In this document: one piece after another, positions 8,849 through 18,088 of the stretch
Numbering within the stretch: position 1 is the first letter of the stretch
Layout: each line of letters opens with the position of its first letter
Assembly: GCA_049512315.1 (NCBI GenBank)
Contig: JBEKXF010000003.1
Coordinates: 1 to 64,000 of the forward strand
Direction: 5' to 3'
DNA: 64,000 nt
Origin: Candidatus Aminicenantales bacterium
Lineage (GTDB): Bacteria > Acidobacteriota > Aminicenantia > Aminicenantales > Saccharicenantaceae
The notes under the pieces: model-generated
Seen by the model: only the letters and a program-made list of their open reading frames with translations
What the model was told of the DNA's origin: nothing
Database searches by the model: none
Program-made: the position numbers and the translations under genes

Positions 8849-9852
8849 TATCGATCGAGGTACTTGGCGAGGTCGGGCTGGAGGAGCGCTTTGGTCTCCG
8901 GGTCGTCCATGTTCTCCGGCGTCACCATGATGACCCCGGTGTCGATGACTTTGGCGACGCTCTCGCCGCGGAGATGGGCGACCATGGTCTTGACGCCGAG
9001 ATAGCCCATCTTCATCGGGTTCTGAAGGACGAGGCCGAGGATGTGGCCGTCCCGGAGCCCCTGGACGAGCTTGGGGGAGCTGTCGAAGCCGACGAACTTC
9101 ACCTTCCCCGCGAGTCCGGACTCCTGGAGGGCCCGTAGGACACCGAAGGTGCTCGACTCGTTGGGGGCGAAGATGCCTTCGACGTCCGGGAAGCGGCTGA
9201 TCAGGTTCTCCGCCAGCTGGTAGGCGGTCTCGGTCGTGGCCCCGGCGTACTGGTCCTGGACGAGGAGCTCGAGGCCGGGGAATTCTTTTTTCGCCGTATC
9301 CAGGAAACCCGCCTCCCTCTGCGAGGTGCTGGCCGATCCCTCCTGGTAGCGGATGAGAAAGATCCTGCTTTTGCCGTTCATCAGCGTGCCGAGCCGCCGG
9401 GCGCCGAGGACCCCGCCCTGGTAGTTGTCGGTGGCGACGTAGCTGATGTAATCGCTGCCCTGGAGGCCGGAGTCGATGACGACGACCGGGATCTTCTCCC
9501 GGGCCGCGTCCTTGACGGGACGCATGAGGGCCCGGTCATCGAGCGGGGCGAGGACGATCCCGTCCACTCCCCGGCTGATGAAATCCTCGACCACGGTGAT
9601 CTGCTGGGCCCGGTCATCTTCCTTCTGGGGGCCCTTCCAGATCACTTCGACGTTGAGCTCGCGGGCCGCCTGGACGGCCCCGGCGTGGATGCTCTTCCAG
9701 AATTCGTGGGTCGTCCCTTTCGGGATGACCGCGATTTGGTATCTCCTGTTCGCCTTGGCGGACGGAGCCTCGGAGGCCTTTTTGCCGCAGGCCGGAAGGA
9801 GGAGGGCCAGGCACAGGCCGGCGCCGAGAAACCGGAGGGCGTGCGCTTTCAT
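8848..9852 (-). CDS. Sugar ABC transporter substrate-binding lipoprotein (RbsB-like fold)
   Basis: Lipobox LPAC; IAVIPK..FW, VVVIDS, ATDN, VGFD and QNP motifs. Start chosen at ATG 9852. Confidence 0.9.
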   Translation of the reverse strand: MKAHALRFLGAGLCLALLLPACGKKASEAPSAKANRRYQIAVIPKGTTHEFWKSIHAGAVQAARELNVEVIWKGPQKEDDRAQQITVVEDFISRGVDGIVLAPLDDRALMRPVKDAAREKIPVVVIDSGLQGSDYISYVATDNYQGGVLGARRLGTLMNGKSRIFLIRYQEGSASTSQREAGFLDTAKKEFPGLELLVQDQYAGATTETAYQLAENLISRFPDVEGIFAPNESSTFGVLRALQESGLAGKVKFVGFDSSPKLVQGLRDGHILGLVLQNPMKMGYLGVKTMVAHLRGESVAKVIDTGVIMVTPENMDDPETKALLQPDLAKYLDR

Positions 9853-9858
9853 GGCCAA

Positions 9859-9887
9859 AGTATACTCACAAGGCACGGACCCGTCAA
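9859..9887 (-). promoter_or_regulatory. Sigma70-type promoter, probably giving a leaderless mRNA
   Basis: TTGACG-17-TATACT, then 6 nt, then ATG (9852); no SD. Confidence 0.7.
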
Positions 9888-9960
9888 AGGCCGAAATAGG
9901 CCAGAACGAAAAAGCGGGAAGGAGGGTTCTTCCCGACCGTCGGCCCGCCTCCGGGACGGG

Positions 9961-9997
9961 AAAAAATAAAGGGGAACCACCTCAGGGATTTCCCTTT
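9961..9997 (-). terminator. Rho-independent terminator
   Basis: Minus strand AAAGGGAAATCC...GGTTCCCCTTT followed by ATTTTTT, downstream of the gene ending at 10061. Confidence 0.65.
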
Positions 9998-10060
9998 AGG
10001 CGGCTCCCCCTGCGTGACGGGGACCGGAGTCCCCGCTGACGGTCCGGAACGAAAAGGCGC

Positions 10061-10258
10061 TTACTTCTTCTTCAGGATGGGCATCCCGGTCTTGGTCGTC
10101 TCCTGGACCATGTAAGCGGCGGGAACCGCATCCAGAGCGCCGGGCCGGACGTCGCGGGCAAAGTAATAGATCGTCTGCTTCCGTCCGCCCTTGAGGTTGA
10201 CGTCTTTGGAGTGGAGATAGTAGGTGACGCCCCTGGAGTTCTTGAATTGAAAAGCCAT
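10061..10258 (-). CDS. Small basic hypothetical protein (65 aa)
   Basis: AGGAGG RBS; host-like codon usage; NSRGVTYYLH...TIYYFA...TGMPILKK pattern. Confidence 0.8.
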   Translation of the reverse strand: MAFQFKNSRGVTYYLHSKDVNLKGGRKQTIYYFARDVRPGALDAVPAAYMVQETTKTGMPILKKK

Positions 10259-10283
10259 GAGAAATACCTCCTAGATTTATGGT

Positions 10284-11594
10284 CTAAAATTTGTATCCCA
10301 GGTTGATGCCGAGCAGAAGGGCCTCTGTCTTGTAGGTGCCGGCGGCCGGGTTGGGATCGTACGGCCCGAAAATGTAACCGTGCTGGCTCGTCCTCGCCAG
10401 GAAGTGCTCGGAATGGAGGCCGACATCGAGCGTGAGCTTGCCGAACCTGTAGCTGACCCCGCCCGTGATGGCCCACCGGTCGCTGTCCGGCAGGTTCGGG
10501 TCCATGGTCTCGACCGGCTGGGGCGCCTCGTCGAAGAAGCCGCCCAGGCGAAGCGTCAGCTTGTCGGTCGCCAGGTATTGGAAGCCCATCCGCACGCAAT
10601 GGGAATTCTTCCAGAGCTGGGGCGCTGTCAGGGTTTGGGTACCGAAGGGATCCGGGAAGGTGATGTTGGCCGTGTAGGAATCGAAGCGCTTCCAATAATA
10701 GGTGTGGAGGTCGAAGGACCAGAGGAGCTTGGGCGTGATGTCGATGGCCAGGCCAAAGGTCAGGATGGCCGGGAACTTGAAGGTCGTCGTCACGTCCCCG
10801 GAGGTCGGGACGTAGGGTTGAAGGGGCGCCGGGACGAACTGGTTGTCCAAAGTCACTGTCCCCGAGTACTTGATGTCGAATTGGCTCCGGTAGCTCGCAC
10901 CGAGCGAAAACCCCTTGCCCTTGTACAGGACGCCGGCGTTGAAGTTGAAGGAGTTGCCCGTTCCCTTCATCGCCGTGGGGACGTCATACGCCGACCCTTC
11001 ATCCGGCGGGAGGACGACGTTCTGATAGAGGTCCAGGGTGAGCTTGGAGAAGATGTAGGAGCAGCCGACAGCCAGCGAGAGATTGTCCAGGACCTTCACG
11101 GCGATGGTGGGGTTGATGAAGAATGTTTCCATGTCGTTGTTGTAGCCGAGGTAGGCCAGGGGAAAGGACGGCGGGGAGTCGTTCGTTTTCTGCCACTTCG
11201 TCCCCAGGCCGAAGGGAGCCATGAAGCCGATGCCCGCCGTCACTCGGTCCGAGAACTTGTGGGTGATGTAGACGTTCGGCGGGGTGAAGATCTGCTGGAC
11301 CTGATCGAACTTCTGGCCTAGATCGGGCCTGACCAGGCCGATATTGGGCATATTCACCGAGCCCGTCGGAAAGATGAGCGTGCCGCCCAGCAGGACTTGC
11401 GTGCCTTCCACCCAGGACAGGCCCGCGGGGTTGTGCCAGATGGCCGAGGGATTGTTGGCCACGGCCGTAAAGGCCCCGCCCATGGCCATGGCCGCCGCGC
11501 CGTGCTCGTAGATGAGGAATCCCGCGCCGCGCGCCGCCGGCGTGAAGGCCAGGAGCGCCGCCGCCGCTAGGACGATCATCCATCTTTTCGTCAT
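10284..11594 (-). CDS. OmpP1/FadL-family outer-membrane transporter
   Basis: Signal peptide followed by AGF..E; AMGGA; NPAG; C-terminal YKF beta-barrel signature. Confidence 0.9.
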   Translation of the reverse strand: MTKRWMIVLAAAALLAFTPAARGAGFLIYEHGAAAMAMGGAFTAVANNPSAIWHNPAGLSWVEGTQVLLGGTLIFPTGSVNMPNIGLVRPDLGQKFDQVQQIFTPPNVYITHKFSDRVTAGIGFMAPFGLGTKWQKTNDSPPSFPLAYLGYNNDMETFFINPTIAVKVLDNLSLAVGCSYIFSKLTLDLYQNVVLPPDEGSAYDVPTAMKGTGNSFNFNAGVLYKGKGFSLGASYRSQFDIKYSGTVTLDNQFVPAPLQPYVPTSGDVTTTFKFPAILTFGLAIDITPKLLWSFDLHTYYWKRFDSYTANITFPDPFGTQTLTAPQLWKNSHCVRMGFQYLATDKLTLRLGGFFDEAPQPVETMDPNLPDSDRWAITGGVSYRFGKLTLDVGLHSEHFLARTSQHGYIFGPYDPNPAAGTYKTEALLLGINLGYKF

Positions 11595-11743
11595 GCAATC
11601 CTCCTCATTCGGTCCTGTCCTGGAAATGGGCTGAACGGTTCAAATGAAAACGCTCAGTCTTTTCTCCTTTCGCCCTGGTTCAACTATTATAAGAAAAACG
11701 GGCCATTGTCAAGGCCGGACGTCGGGGCGGCCGGCGGCCCGGC

Positions 11744-12025
11744 TCACTGGATGAAATCGACCGAGGGCGGAATGTCGGCCGGAATGATGGTCCCGAAGTT
11801 GTCTTCGTAGCGCTTGATGTTCGCCTGGAGGGCTTCCAGGAACCGCTTGGCGTGGGCGGGGCTGAGGATGACCCGGGACACGAGCTTCCCGAACGGGCCG
11901 TCGGGGAACAGGAAGGCGAAGTCGAAGATGAACTCCTCCCGCGAATGCCGGATCGCGGCGAGGTTGGAATATTGCCCGAGGGCAACGGGTTCGTCGACCT
12001 TGATCTCCATCTTTTTCTCGTCCAT
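11744..12025 (-). CDS. DUF3467-family protein
   Basis: GQYSN..IRHS.EEFIFDF...SRVILSPAHAKRF..AL..NI..YE..FG.I pattern; AAGGAGG RBS. Confidence 0.85.
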   Translation of the reverse strand: MDEKKMEIKVDEPVALGQYSNLAAIRHSREEFIFDFAFLFPDGPFGKLVSRVILSPAHAKRFLEALQANIKRYEDNFGTIIPADIPPSVDFIQ

Positions 12026-12125
12026 GGTCCCTCCTTGGAGTGGGGCTTCCCATATTGTGAACGAAGACGGGCCGGAAATGCAAATCCGTGGCGGGAAAAT
12101 TTTTTCTGAATTCTGATGATTTCGC

Positions 12126-12153
12126 TTTACTTTTGTTTTTCGAGGGCTATAAT
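12126..12153 (+). promoter_or_regulatory. Sigma70-type promoter with no clear downstream protein gene
   Basis: TTTACT-16-TATAAT in an AT-rich gap. Confidence 0.5.
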
Positions 12154-12159
12154 GATATT

Positions 12160-12443
12160 GGCTTTCTTGAGCGGGCTGGAGAAAGCCCCCACCTTTTTGG
12201 TTCCCATCATCAACCCCCCTTTTGCTGACACAGCCCGCACCTCCTCTCCGATATCTAAAATATCAATGAGTCCGTCGCTGCGTTGCTTCTCCTTTGCATC
12301 ATTGTTGTCGGTGGCTCTAAACAGCCGCAGCAATCATTCGAGGTTTCAGCCTTCTTGAATCGTCGTTAATGGATAGGCGGAGGCTCGCGGCATGCCCCAG
12401 TCAATAATACTGAAGGGACGGGTGGCACGGTGCCAGTCCCCCC
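12160..12443 (+). ncRNA. Candidate small RNA (unclassified)
   Basis: Starts 7 nt after TATAAT with a perfect 8-bp stem (GGCTTTCT/AGAAAGCC); C/U-rich segments; further stems; closes with a GGGAC...GTCCC hairpin. Confidence 0.35.
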
Positions 12444-12482
12444 GAGTCCGGAACTTCAAGAAGAGGCGGAGAGGGAACGGCT

Positions 12483-13328
12483 TTAGGGACGGACAATCCG
12501 GCCGGCGACCTCCTTGATGATCTTGAAGGCGGCCGCGGCCGTGATCCCGGAGGCGTCGCGCGGGGCGTTGAGCTCGACGATGTCCAGGCCCACGATCCTG
12601 CCCTTCATCGCCTGGATGACCTGCAGGGCCTGCCTCGTCGTCAGGCCGCCCGGCTCGTGATGGGAGACGCCGGGGGCGAATGCCGGGTCCAGCGCGTCCA
12701 TGTCGAACGAGACGTAGACGGGGTTCGAGAACTTGAGGTAGAGGGGGCCGCCGATCTCCTTCATCTCGATCATCCGGACGCTGTGCTGGAGGGCCTTCGA
12801 GCGATGGAAGGCGGTGATGGCCCGGACCCCGACCTGGACGATGTTCGCGGCCAGGCCGTCCTCGAGGACCCGGGCCATGGGACAAGCATGCGACAGCCGG
12901 TCGCCGTAAAGGTCGTCATAAAGGTCCGGGTGGGCGTCGAAATGGAGAACGTCCAGGGGCTTGTATGTCCGGGCGAACGCCTTGAGGATGGGATAAGTGA
13001 TGGAATGGTCTCCGCCGAGGATGATGGGGACGGCGCCCTTTTGAAGGATTTTCGCCACGGCCTTCTCGGTCAGGGCGAACGTCTTGTCCGGGTCCCCGCA
13101 CGTGTCCACGTCGCCGAGGTCGACCATGACCGTGTCCTCTTCCAGGTTGACCCCGAGCTCCGTGTCGCCGCAGTAGCACTTGCCGGTGGAGACGGCCCGG
13201 ATGGCGGCCGGGCCGGCCGCGGCGCCTCTCAGATAACTGGACTTCTCGTCGAAGGGGACGCCAAGGATGGCCATCTTGTAATCGGGATGCTCCGCCAGCG
13301 GCTTGACGGCTCCGCCGAAATCCGACAT
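12483..13328 (-). CDS. speB: Agmatinase (ureohydrolase family)
   Basis: GVPFD, GP.AIR, GGDHS, DAHPD, SFDMDALDP and PGG motifs; ATG 13328 after GAGGAGG; extended -10 TGTGTATAAT at 13386-13395. Confidence 0.88.
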   Translation of the reverse strand: MSDFGGAVKPLAEHPDYKMAILGVPFDEKSSYLRGAAAGPAAIRAVSTGKCYCGDTELGVNLEEDTVMVDLGDVDTCGDPDKTFALTEKAVAKILQKGAVPIILGGDHSITYPILKAFARTYKPLDVLHFDAHPDLYDDLYGDRLSHACPMARVLEDGLAANIVQVGVRAITAFHRSKALQHSVRMIEMKEIGGPLYLKFSNPVYVSFDMDALDPAFAPGVSHHEPGGLTTRQALQVIQAMKGRIVGLDIVELNAPRDASGITAAAAFKIIKEVAGRIVRP

Positions 13329-13424
13329 CGCGAACCTCCTCGAAGACAGCGCCGACCCCGTGAGGGCGGCCCCGTCGCCGCCCCGATTATACACAATCCG
13401 GGGCCGCGAGGGAAAAAGCGGGGT

Positions 13425-13462
13425 AAAAAAATGGGAGAGAGGTCCTCCGCCCTCTCCCTTTT
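13425..13462. terminator. Terminator-like hairpin (possibly bidirectional) in a divergent intergenic region
   Basis: GGGAGAG/CTCTCCC stem flanked by A7 on the left and T4 on the right. Confidence 0.6.
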
Positions 13463-13687
13463 CCGAACCTTGGCGCCGCCTCTTTCGAGGCAATCGCTTG
13501 AGCCACGTGGCTCCGAACACGGCCAGAATCCCATGGGGTCGCCGGGCGGTCAATCACCCCCAGCGATGATTTCCGGAGTGAGAACGGGCCGTTTTTCTCA
13601 CCCCCAAAGGCTACCCCCCCCGCACCTTCCCTTCCGAAATGAAGGACGCTATAATGAGCCTTCAGCTCCGGACTTCCAGGAGGACGC

Positions 13688-16141
13688 ATGGAAAAGATCC
13701 GATCCGCCAAAATCCGTCTCGCATCTGTTTTTATCATCATCGGCATCGGCCTCGCCGCCCTGTCGGGCGCGGCCTGGCCGCAGGCCCAAAACAAGCCCGC
13801 CCTGAAGCCCGCGCCGCCGGCCCCTCCAGCCGAGGCGTCGAAGGCTCCCATCGCGAACCTCTCCATCGACCTCATCATGAAGGGCGAGGAATTCGTCGGC
13901 ACGGCGCCCTCGGACCCCGTCTGGGCGGTCGACGGAAAAACCCTTTATTTCCGCTGGAAAAAGCCGGGCGACAAAAGAGCCGAGCCGTACGCCGTGACCG
14001 CGGCCAATCCCGTCCCGCGGCCAGTGAAATCCGAGGAGATGATCAAGCTGCCTCCGCTCCGGTCCTCGATGGGCGGCGGGATGTATCGGATGGACGGCGG
14101 CTTCGGAGGCTTCGGCGGGATGGACGGCGGGATGCAGTTCGACAAGGCCAAGAAGCGGGCCGCGTTCACCCAGAACGGGGATATCTTCCTCCTCGATCTC
14201 GTCACTGGAAAGACCCGGCAGCTCACGGCCACGGACGAACGCAAGATGGGCGCCCGGTTCACGTCCGACCAGAAAAAGATCTCCTTCATGATGGCCGACA
14301 ACCTCTTCATCCTCTCCCTCGAGGACGGCGTCGTCCGTCAGCTGACCGGCTTCACCAAGAAAGTTCCGCCGGCCGATAAAAAGCCCGACGAGATCGAGAA
14401 GTGGTACGCCGACGAGCAGGAAGACCTCATCAAGGAGCTGCAGGAGGGATTTCCGTTCAGGGGAGTTATGCGGGGCGGGATGAGGGAAGGCCAGGTGAGC
14501 CAGCTTCCCCGGCCCAAGCCGGTCGTCATCAAGGAATCCCAGAACGTGGGGAGCATCGATCTCTCGCCCGACGAGAAATTCGTCACGTTCACGGTCTATG
14601 ATCGGTCCGAAGACGGGAAGGGCACGATCGTCCCGAATTACGTCACGCGCTCCGGCTACACCGAGACGATCGAGTCCCACGCCAAGGCCGCCTATACCGG
14701 ATATGATTCTTCGGCAGGCGCCATGCCGCTCGAGAACGGCGAGGTCAAGTGGATCGACTGCGGCCAGGGGGAGCGGAAGGTCTATCCCGGCGGGCCCATC
14801 TGGTCCCCCGACGGCAAGCAGTGCATCCTGACCGCCCAGGCCGAGGACCGGAAGGACCACTGGCTTTTCAAGCTGGACCCGGCCACGGGCAAAACGTCCG
14901 TCATTTTCCAGGTCCATGATGACGCCTGGGTCGGCCCGCTCGGACTGACCAACGTCTTCTGGTGGCCGGACAGCCTGCACCTCTCCTTCATTTCCGAGAA
15001 GGACGGATATGCCCACCTCTACAAAACGACGCTCGACGGAAAGGATATTCAGCAACTGACTAAGGGAGCATTCGAAGTCCAAGAGGCGTTTCTGTCCCGG
15101 GACGGCAGGCGAATCTACCTGGCAACCAATGAGGAGCACCCGGGAGAAACCCATTTCTACTCGATGCCGGCGGCCGGAGGCGAAAGAACGAAGATGACTT
15201 CGCTCATCGGGCAGAACGACGTCACTCTCTCCCCCGACGAAATGACCCTGGCCATCATCCATTCCTATTCCAACAAGCCGCCCGAGCTCTACCTGCAGGC
15301 CAACGCCCCCAAGGCGGCGGCCAAACAGATCACCGTCTCGACGACGGAGGAGTTCCGCTCCTATCCCTGGTATGATCCGGAGGTCATCCCGATCAGGGCC
15401 CGGGACGGGGTCACGATCTACGCCCGGCTGTTCACCCCCGTCAAGCAGCACCCGTCCCGGCCCGCTGTTATCTTCATCCATGGCGCCGGCTATCTCCAGG
15501 ACGCCCACCGGGGCTGGAGCACCTACTTCCGCGAGTACATGTTCCACGGTTTCCTGATGGAGCAAGGTTATTTTGTGCTGGACGTCGACTATCGGGGAAG
15601 CTCCGGCTACGGCCGCGATTTCCGGACGGGAATCTATCGCCACATGGGCGGCAAGGACCTCGACGACATCGTGGACGCGGCGAAGTACCTGGTGGAGAAA
15701 TTCCCCGTGGACCCGGCCCGCATCGGCTGTTACGGCGGGAGCTACGGTGGCTTTCTGACCCTCATGGCCCTTTTCAAAGCGGGCGACGTGATCAAGGCCG
15801 GGGCGGCGCTCAGGCCCGTGACGGACTGGGCCCATTATCACGCGGCTTACACGGTCGATATTCTGAACCTGCCGCAGAAAGACACAGAGGCCTACAAGCA
15901 GAGCTCGCCGATCTATTTTGCCGAGGGCTTCAAAGGCGCCCTCCTCATCTGCCATGGGATGGTCGACACGAATGTCCACTTCCAGGACACGGTCCGGCTC
16001 GCCCAGCGGCTCATCGAGCTCGGCAAGGAGAATTGGGACGTGGCCTTCTATCCGGTCGAGGACCATTCGTTCCGGACGGCCTCGGCCTGGACCGACGAGT
16101 ACAAGCGCATCTTCAAACTCTTCGAGCGCAACCTCAAGTAA
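13688..16141 (+). CDS. S9-family (DPP IV-like) prolyl oligopeptidase, exported
   Basis: Signal peptide, beta-propeller repeats, GGSYGG nucleophile, D (VDTNV) and H (EDHSF). Confidence 0.92.
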   Translation: MEKIRSAKIRLASVFIIIGIGLAALSGAAWPQAQNKPALKPAPPAPPAEASKAPIANLSIDLIMKGEEFVGTAPSDPVWAVDGKTLYFRWKKPGDKRAEPYAVTAANPVPRPVKSEEMIKLPPLRSSMGGGMYRMDGGFGGFGGMDGGMQFDKAKKRAAFTQNGDIFLLDLVTGKTRQLTATDERKMGARFTSDQKKISFMMADNLFILSLEDGVVRQLTGFTKKVPPADKKPDEIEKWYADEQEDLIKELQEGFPFRGVMRGGMREGQVSQLPRPKPVVIKESQNVGSIDLSPDEKFVTFTVYDRSEDGKGTIVPNYVTRSGYTETIESHAKAAYTGYDSSAGAMPLENGEVKWIDCGQGERKVYPGGPIWSPDGKQCILTAQAEDRKDHWLFKLDPATGKTSVIFQVHDDAWVGPLGLTNVFWWPDSLHLSFISEKDGYAHLYKTTLDGKDIQQLTKGAFEVQEAFLSRDGRRIYLATNEEHPGETHFYSMPAAGGERTKMTSLIGQNDVTLSPDEMTLAIIHSYSNKPPELYLQANAPKAAAKQITVSTTEEFRSYPWYDPEVIPIRARDGVTIYARLFTPVKQHPSRPAVIFIHGAGYLQDAHRGWSTYFREYMFHGFLMEQGYFVLDVDYRGSSGYGRDFRTGIYRHMGGKDLDDIVDAAKYLVEKFPVDPARIGCYGGSYGGFLTLMALFKAGDVIKAGAALRPVTDWAHYHAAYTVDILNLPQKDTEAYKQSSPIYFAEGFKGALLICHGMVDTNVHFQDTVRLAQRLIELGKENWDVAFYPVEDHSFRTASAWTDEYKRIFKLFERNLK

Positions 16142-16339
16142 GATCGTCCCGGGAGGCGGAGCGCTATCAAAGAAAAATGCGATGGGGCTGTTCCCGGAGC
16201 TGTCCAGAAGAAAGGTCCGAAACTCGATTCGGATATTTCCCAAAAGTGCGGCTCCGAGGCCGCTCCGCCGCACTTCTGTTGGTCGCTCCTCAGAATCCGC
16301 TCCCTGCCGGAGGGCCGAGCGGGCCCGGCCCGGGCCCGG

Positions 16340-16367
16340 TTGACTTTGGCCGGGCTTTCGCTAGAAT
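16340..16367 (+). promoter_or_regulatory. Sigma70-type promoter of the ABC/pilD operon
   Basis: TTGACT-16-TAGAAT. Confidence 0.55.
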
Positions 16368-16382
16368 GATTTGAGACAGCCC

Positions 16383-17300
16383 ATGACGGACGCGATCCGG
16401 ATCGAGAACCTCAAGAAATCCTTCCGGCTCGGCTTCATCCCCAAGACGAAAGAGATCCTCAAGGGCATCTCCCTGTCGGTCAAGGAGGGCGAGATCTTCG
16501 GCTACCTGGGCCCGAACGGCGCGGGCAAGACGACGACGATCAAGTGCCTCCTGGGCCTGATCCATCCCGACGCCGGGACGATCGAGATCTTCGGGCAGCC
16601 CCATAACTCCGCCCGGGCCCGGCAGGCCCTGGGCTTCCTGCCCGAGAACCCTTATTTCTACGATTATCTCACAGCCCGCGAGTTCCTCACCTTCTACGGC
16701 GACCTCTTCGGCCTCGGCCGGAAGGAGACGGGCGAGCGGACCGGGCGGCTCCTCAAGCTCGTCGGTCTCGAGCGGGCGGCCGGGCTCCAGCTCCGGAAGT
16801 TCTCCCGGGGCATGCTCCAGCGGATCGGCCTGGCCCAGGCCCTCATCAACGACCCGAAGCTCGTCATCCTGGACGAGCCGCTCGGCGGCCTGGACCCCCT
16901 GGGCCGCAAGGAGATCCGGGACATCATCGTCCGCTTCAAGCAGGAGGGAAAGACCGTCTTCTTCACCTCCCACATCCTCCAGGATATCGAGATGATCTGC
17001 GACCACGTGGCCATCATCATCGGCGGCCGCGTCGTGAAACAGGGCGCCCTCCAAGACCTCGTCTCCGAGAAGGTCCTCTTCACCGAGATGACGGTTTCGG
17101 GCCTCCCCCCGGAGGCGTTCCGCGGCCTGGGCGAGAGCGTTTCGTCCCAGGGCGGCAGGGTCCTCCTCAAGATCCTCGAGGAGAACCGGGTGGACGACAT
17201 CCTGGCCCTCGTCCGGGAGAGGAAGGGCAAGGTCATCTCCCTCAGCCCCAGGACCGAGACCCTGGAGGACATCTTCGTCGAAACGGTGACCGGGACATGA
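16383..17300 (+). CDS. ABC transporter ATP-binding protein (PilH-like, pilus-associated)
   Basis: GPNGAGKTT, FSRGMLQR, ILDEP, TSH; operon with pilD. Confidence 0.88.
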   Translation: MTDAIRIENLKKSFRLGFIPKTKEILKGISLSVKEGEIFGYLGPNGAGKTTTIKCLLGLIHPDAGTIEIFGQPHNSARARQALGFLPENPYFYDYLTAREFLTFYGDLFGLGRKETGERTGRLLKLVGLERAAGLQLRKFSRGMLQRIGLAQALINDPKLVILDEPLGGLDPLGRKEIRDIIVRFKQEGKTVFFTSHILQDIEMICDHVAIIIGGRVVKQGALQDLVSEKVLFTEMTVSGLPPEAFRGLGESVSSQGGRVLLKILEENRVDDILALVRERKGKVISLSPRTETLEDIFVETVTGT

Positions 17301-18061
17301 AGATCACAGCCATCGCCGGGATCACCTTCAAGGAGGCCAAGAGGGACCGCATCCTCTATCTTCTTTTCTTCTTCGCTGCGGTCGCCATCATCACCTCCCG
17401 GGTCCTGGCCATTCTGACCGTCGGCGACCGGGTCAAGATCATCAAGGACGTGGGTTTGTCCTCAATCTCGATCTTCGGCGTCCTCATGGCCGTCCTGATC
17501 GGGACGAGCCTCGTCTACAAGGAGATCGACAAGAAGACGATTTTCACCCTCCTCTCCAAGCCACTCCACCGGGCCCAGTTCATCCTCGGGAAGTTCCTGG
17601 GTCTGGTCCTGACGCTGTTCGTCATGACCGTTCTCATGAGCCTCATCTTCCTCGTCCTGCTCTATTTCCACACTTTCAAGGTCGAATGGACGATGCTCGT
17701 CGCCATCGCCTACATCTTCCTCGAACTCGTCCTCATCACCGCGGTCGCCATCTTCTTCTCCTCGTTCTCGACGCCCATCCTGAGCTCGATCTTCTCCCTG
17801 GCCTTCTATCTCATCGGCCATCTCTCCTGGGGCCTCGAGCTGCTCATCAAGAAGATGAGAGCGGGCGCCGGGCGGACGGCGGCCCAGTTCTTCTACCTGT
17901 TCCTCCCCGACCTGGAGAACTTCAACTTCAAGACGGAGGTCGTCCACGGCCTGCCCATCCCGGCCGGCATCTATCTTTATTCTTTCCTCTACGGCATCTT
18001 CTACACGGCGTTCATCCTGGGCCTTACGGTCCTCGTGTTCAGGCGGCGGGACTTCATCTGA
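17297..18061 (+). CDS. ABC-2 type permease (PilI-like)
   Basis: About 6 TM segments, KEIDKKTIFTLLSKP, C-terminal FRRRDF; ATGA overlap with the ATPase gene. Confidence 0.85.
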   Translation: MKITAIAGITFKEAKRDRILYLLFFFAAVAIITSRVLAILTVGDRVKIIKDVGLSSISIFGVLMAVLIGTSLVYKEIDKKTIFTLLSKPLHRAQFILGKFLGLVLTLFVMTVLMSLIFLVLLYFHTFKVEWTMLVAIAYIFLELVLITAVAIFFSSFSTPILSSIFSLAFYLIGHLSWGLELLIKKMRAGAGRTAAQFFYLFLPDLENFNFKTEVVHGLPIPAGIYLYSFLYGIFYTAFILGLTVLVFRRRDFI

Positions 18062-18088
18062 GCGGGCGCGGACGCCCGAGGGGCGGAC

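Noticed and set aside
12232..12333. The 68-aa ORF 12127..12333 from its TTG start, and the + strand ORF 12116..12358
   Set aside because: No clear RBS and atypical codon usage. Only the SD-preceded 34-aa sub-ORF is kept as a possibility.
13335..13384. Possible guanidine-II riboswitch (two ACGG motifs) before the ureohydrolase
   Set aside because: The loops lack the canonical G-C closed ACGR hairpins, and the first stem begins upstream of the predicted TSS.
13465..13515. Possible c-di-GMP-I riboswitch (GAAA stem, GGCGCCAAGG)
   Set aside because: It lacks the GGCAAA/CGCAAA signatures and the second stem with its tetraloop receptor. Kept only as an unclassified RNA candidate.
13649..16273. Long antisense or alternative-frame ORFs (e.g. 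13649-16273, 34693-37335, 42120-44693, 55520-57565, 19119-21161)
   Set aside because: Shadow ORFs of high-GC genes: they overlap motif-supported CDSs and have no recognisable motifs.
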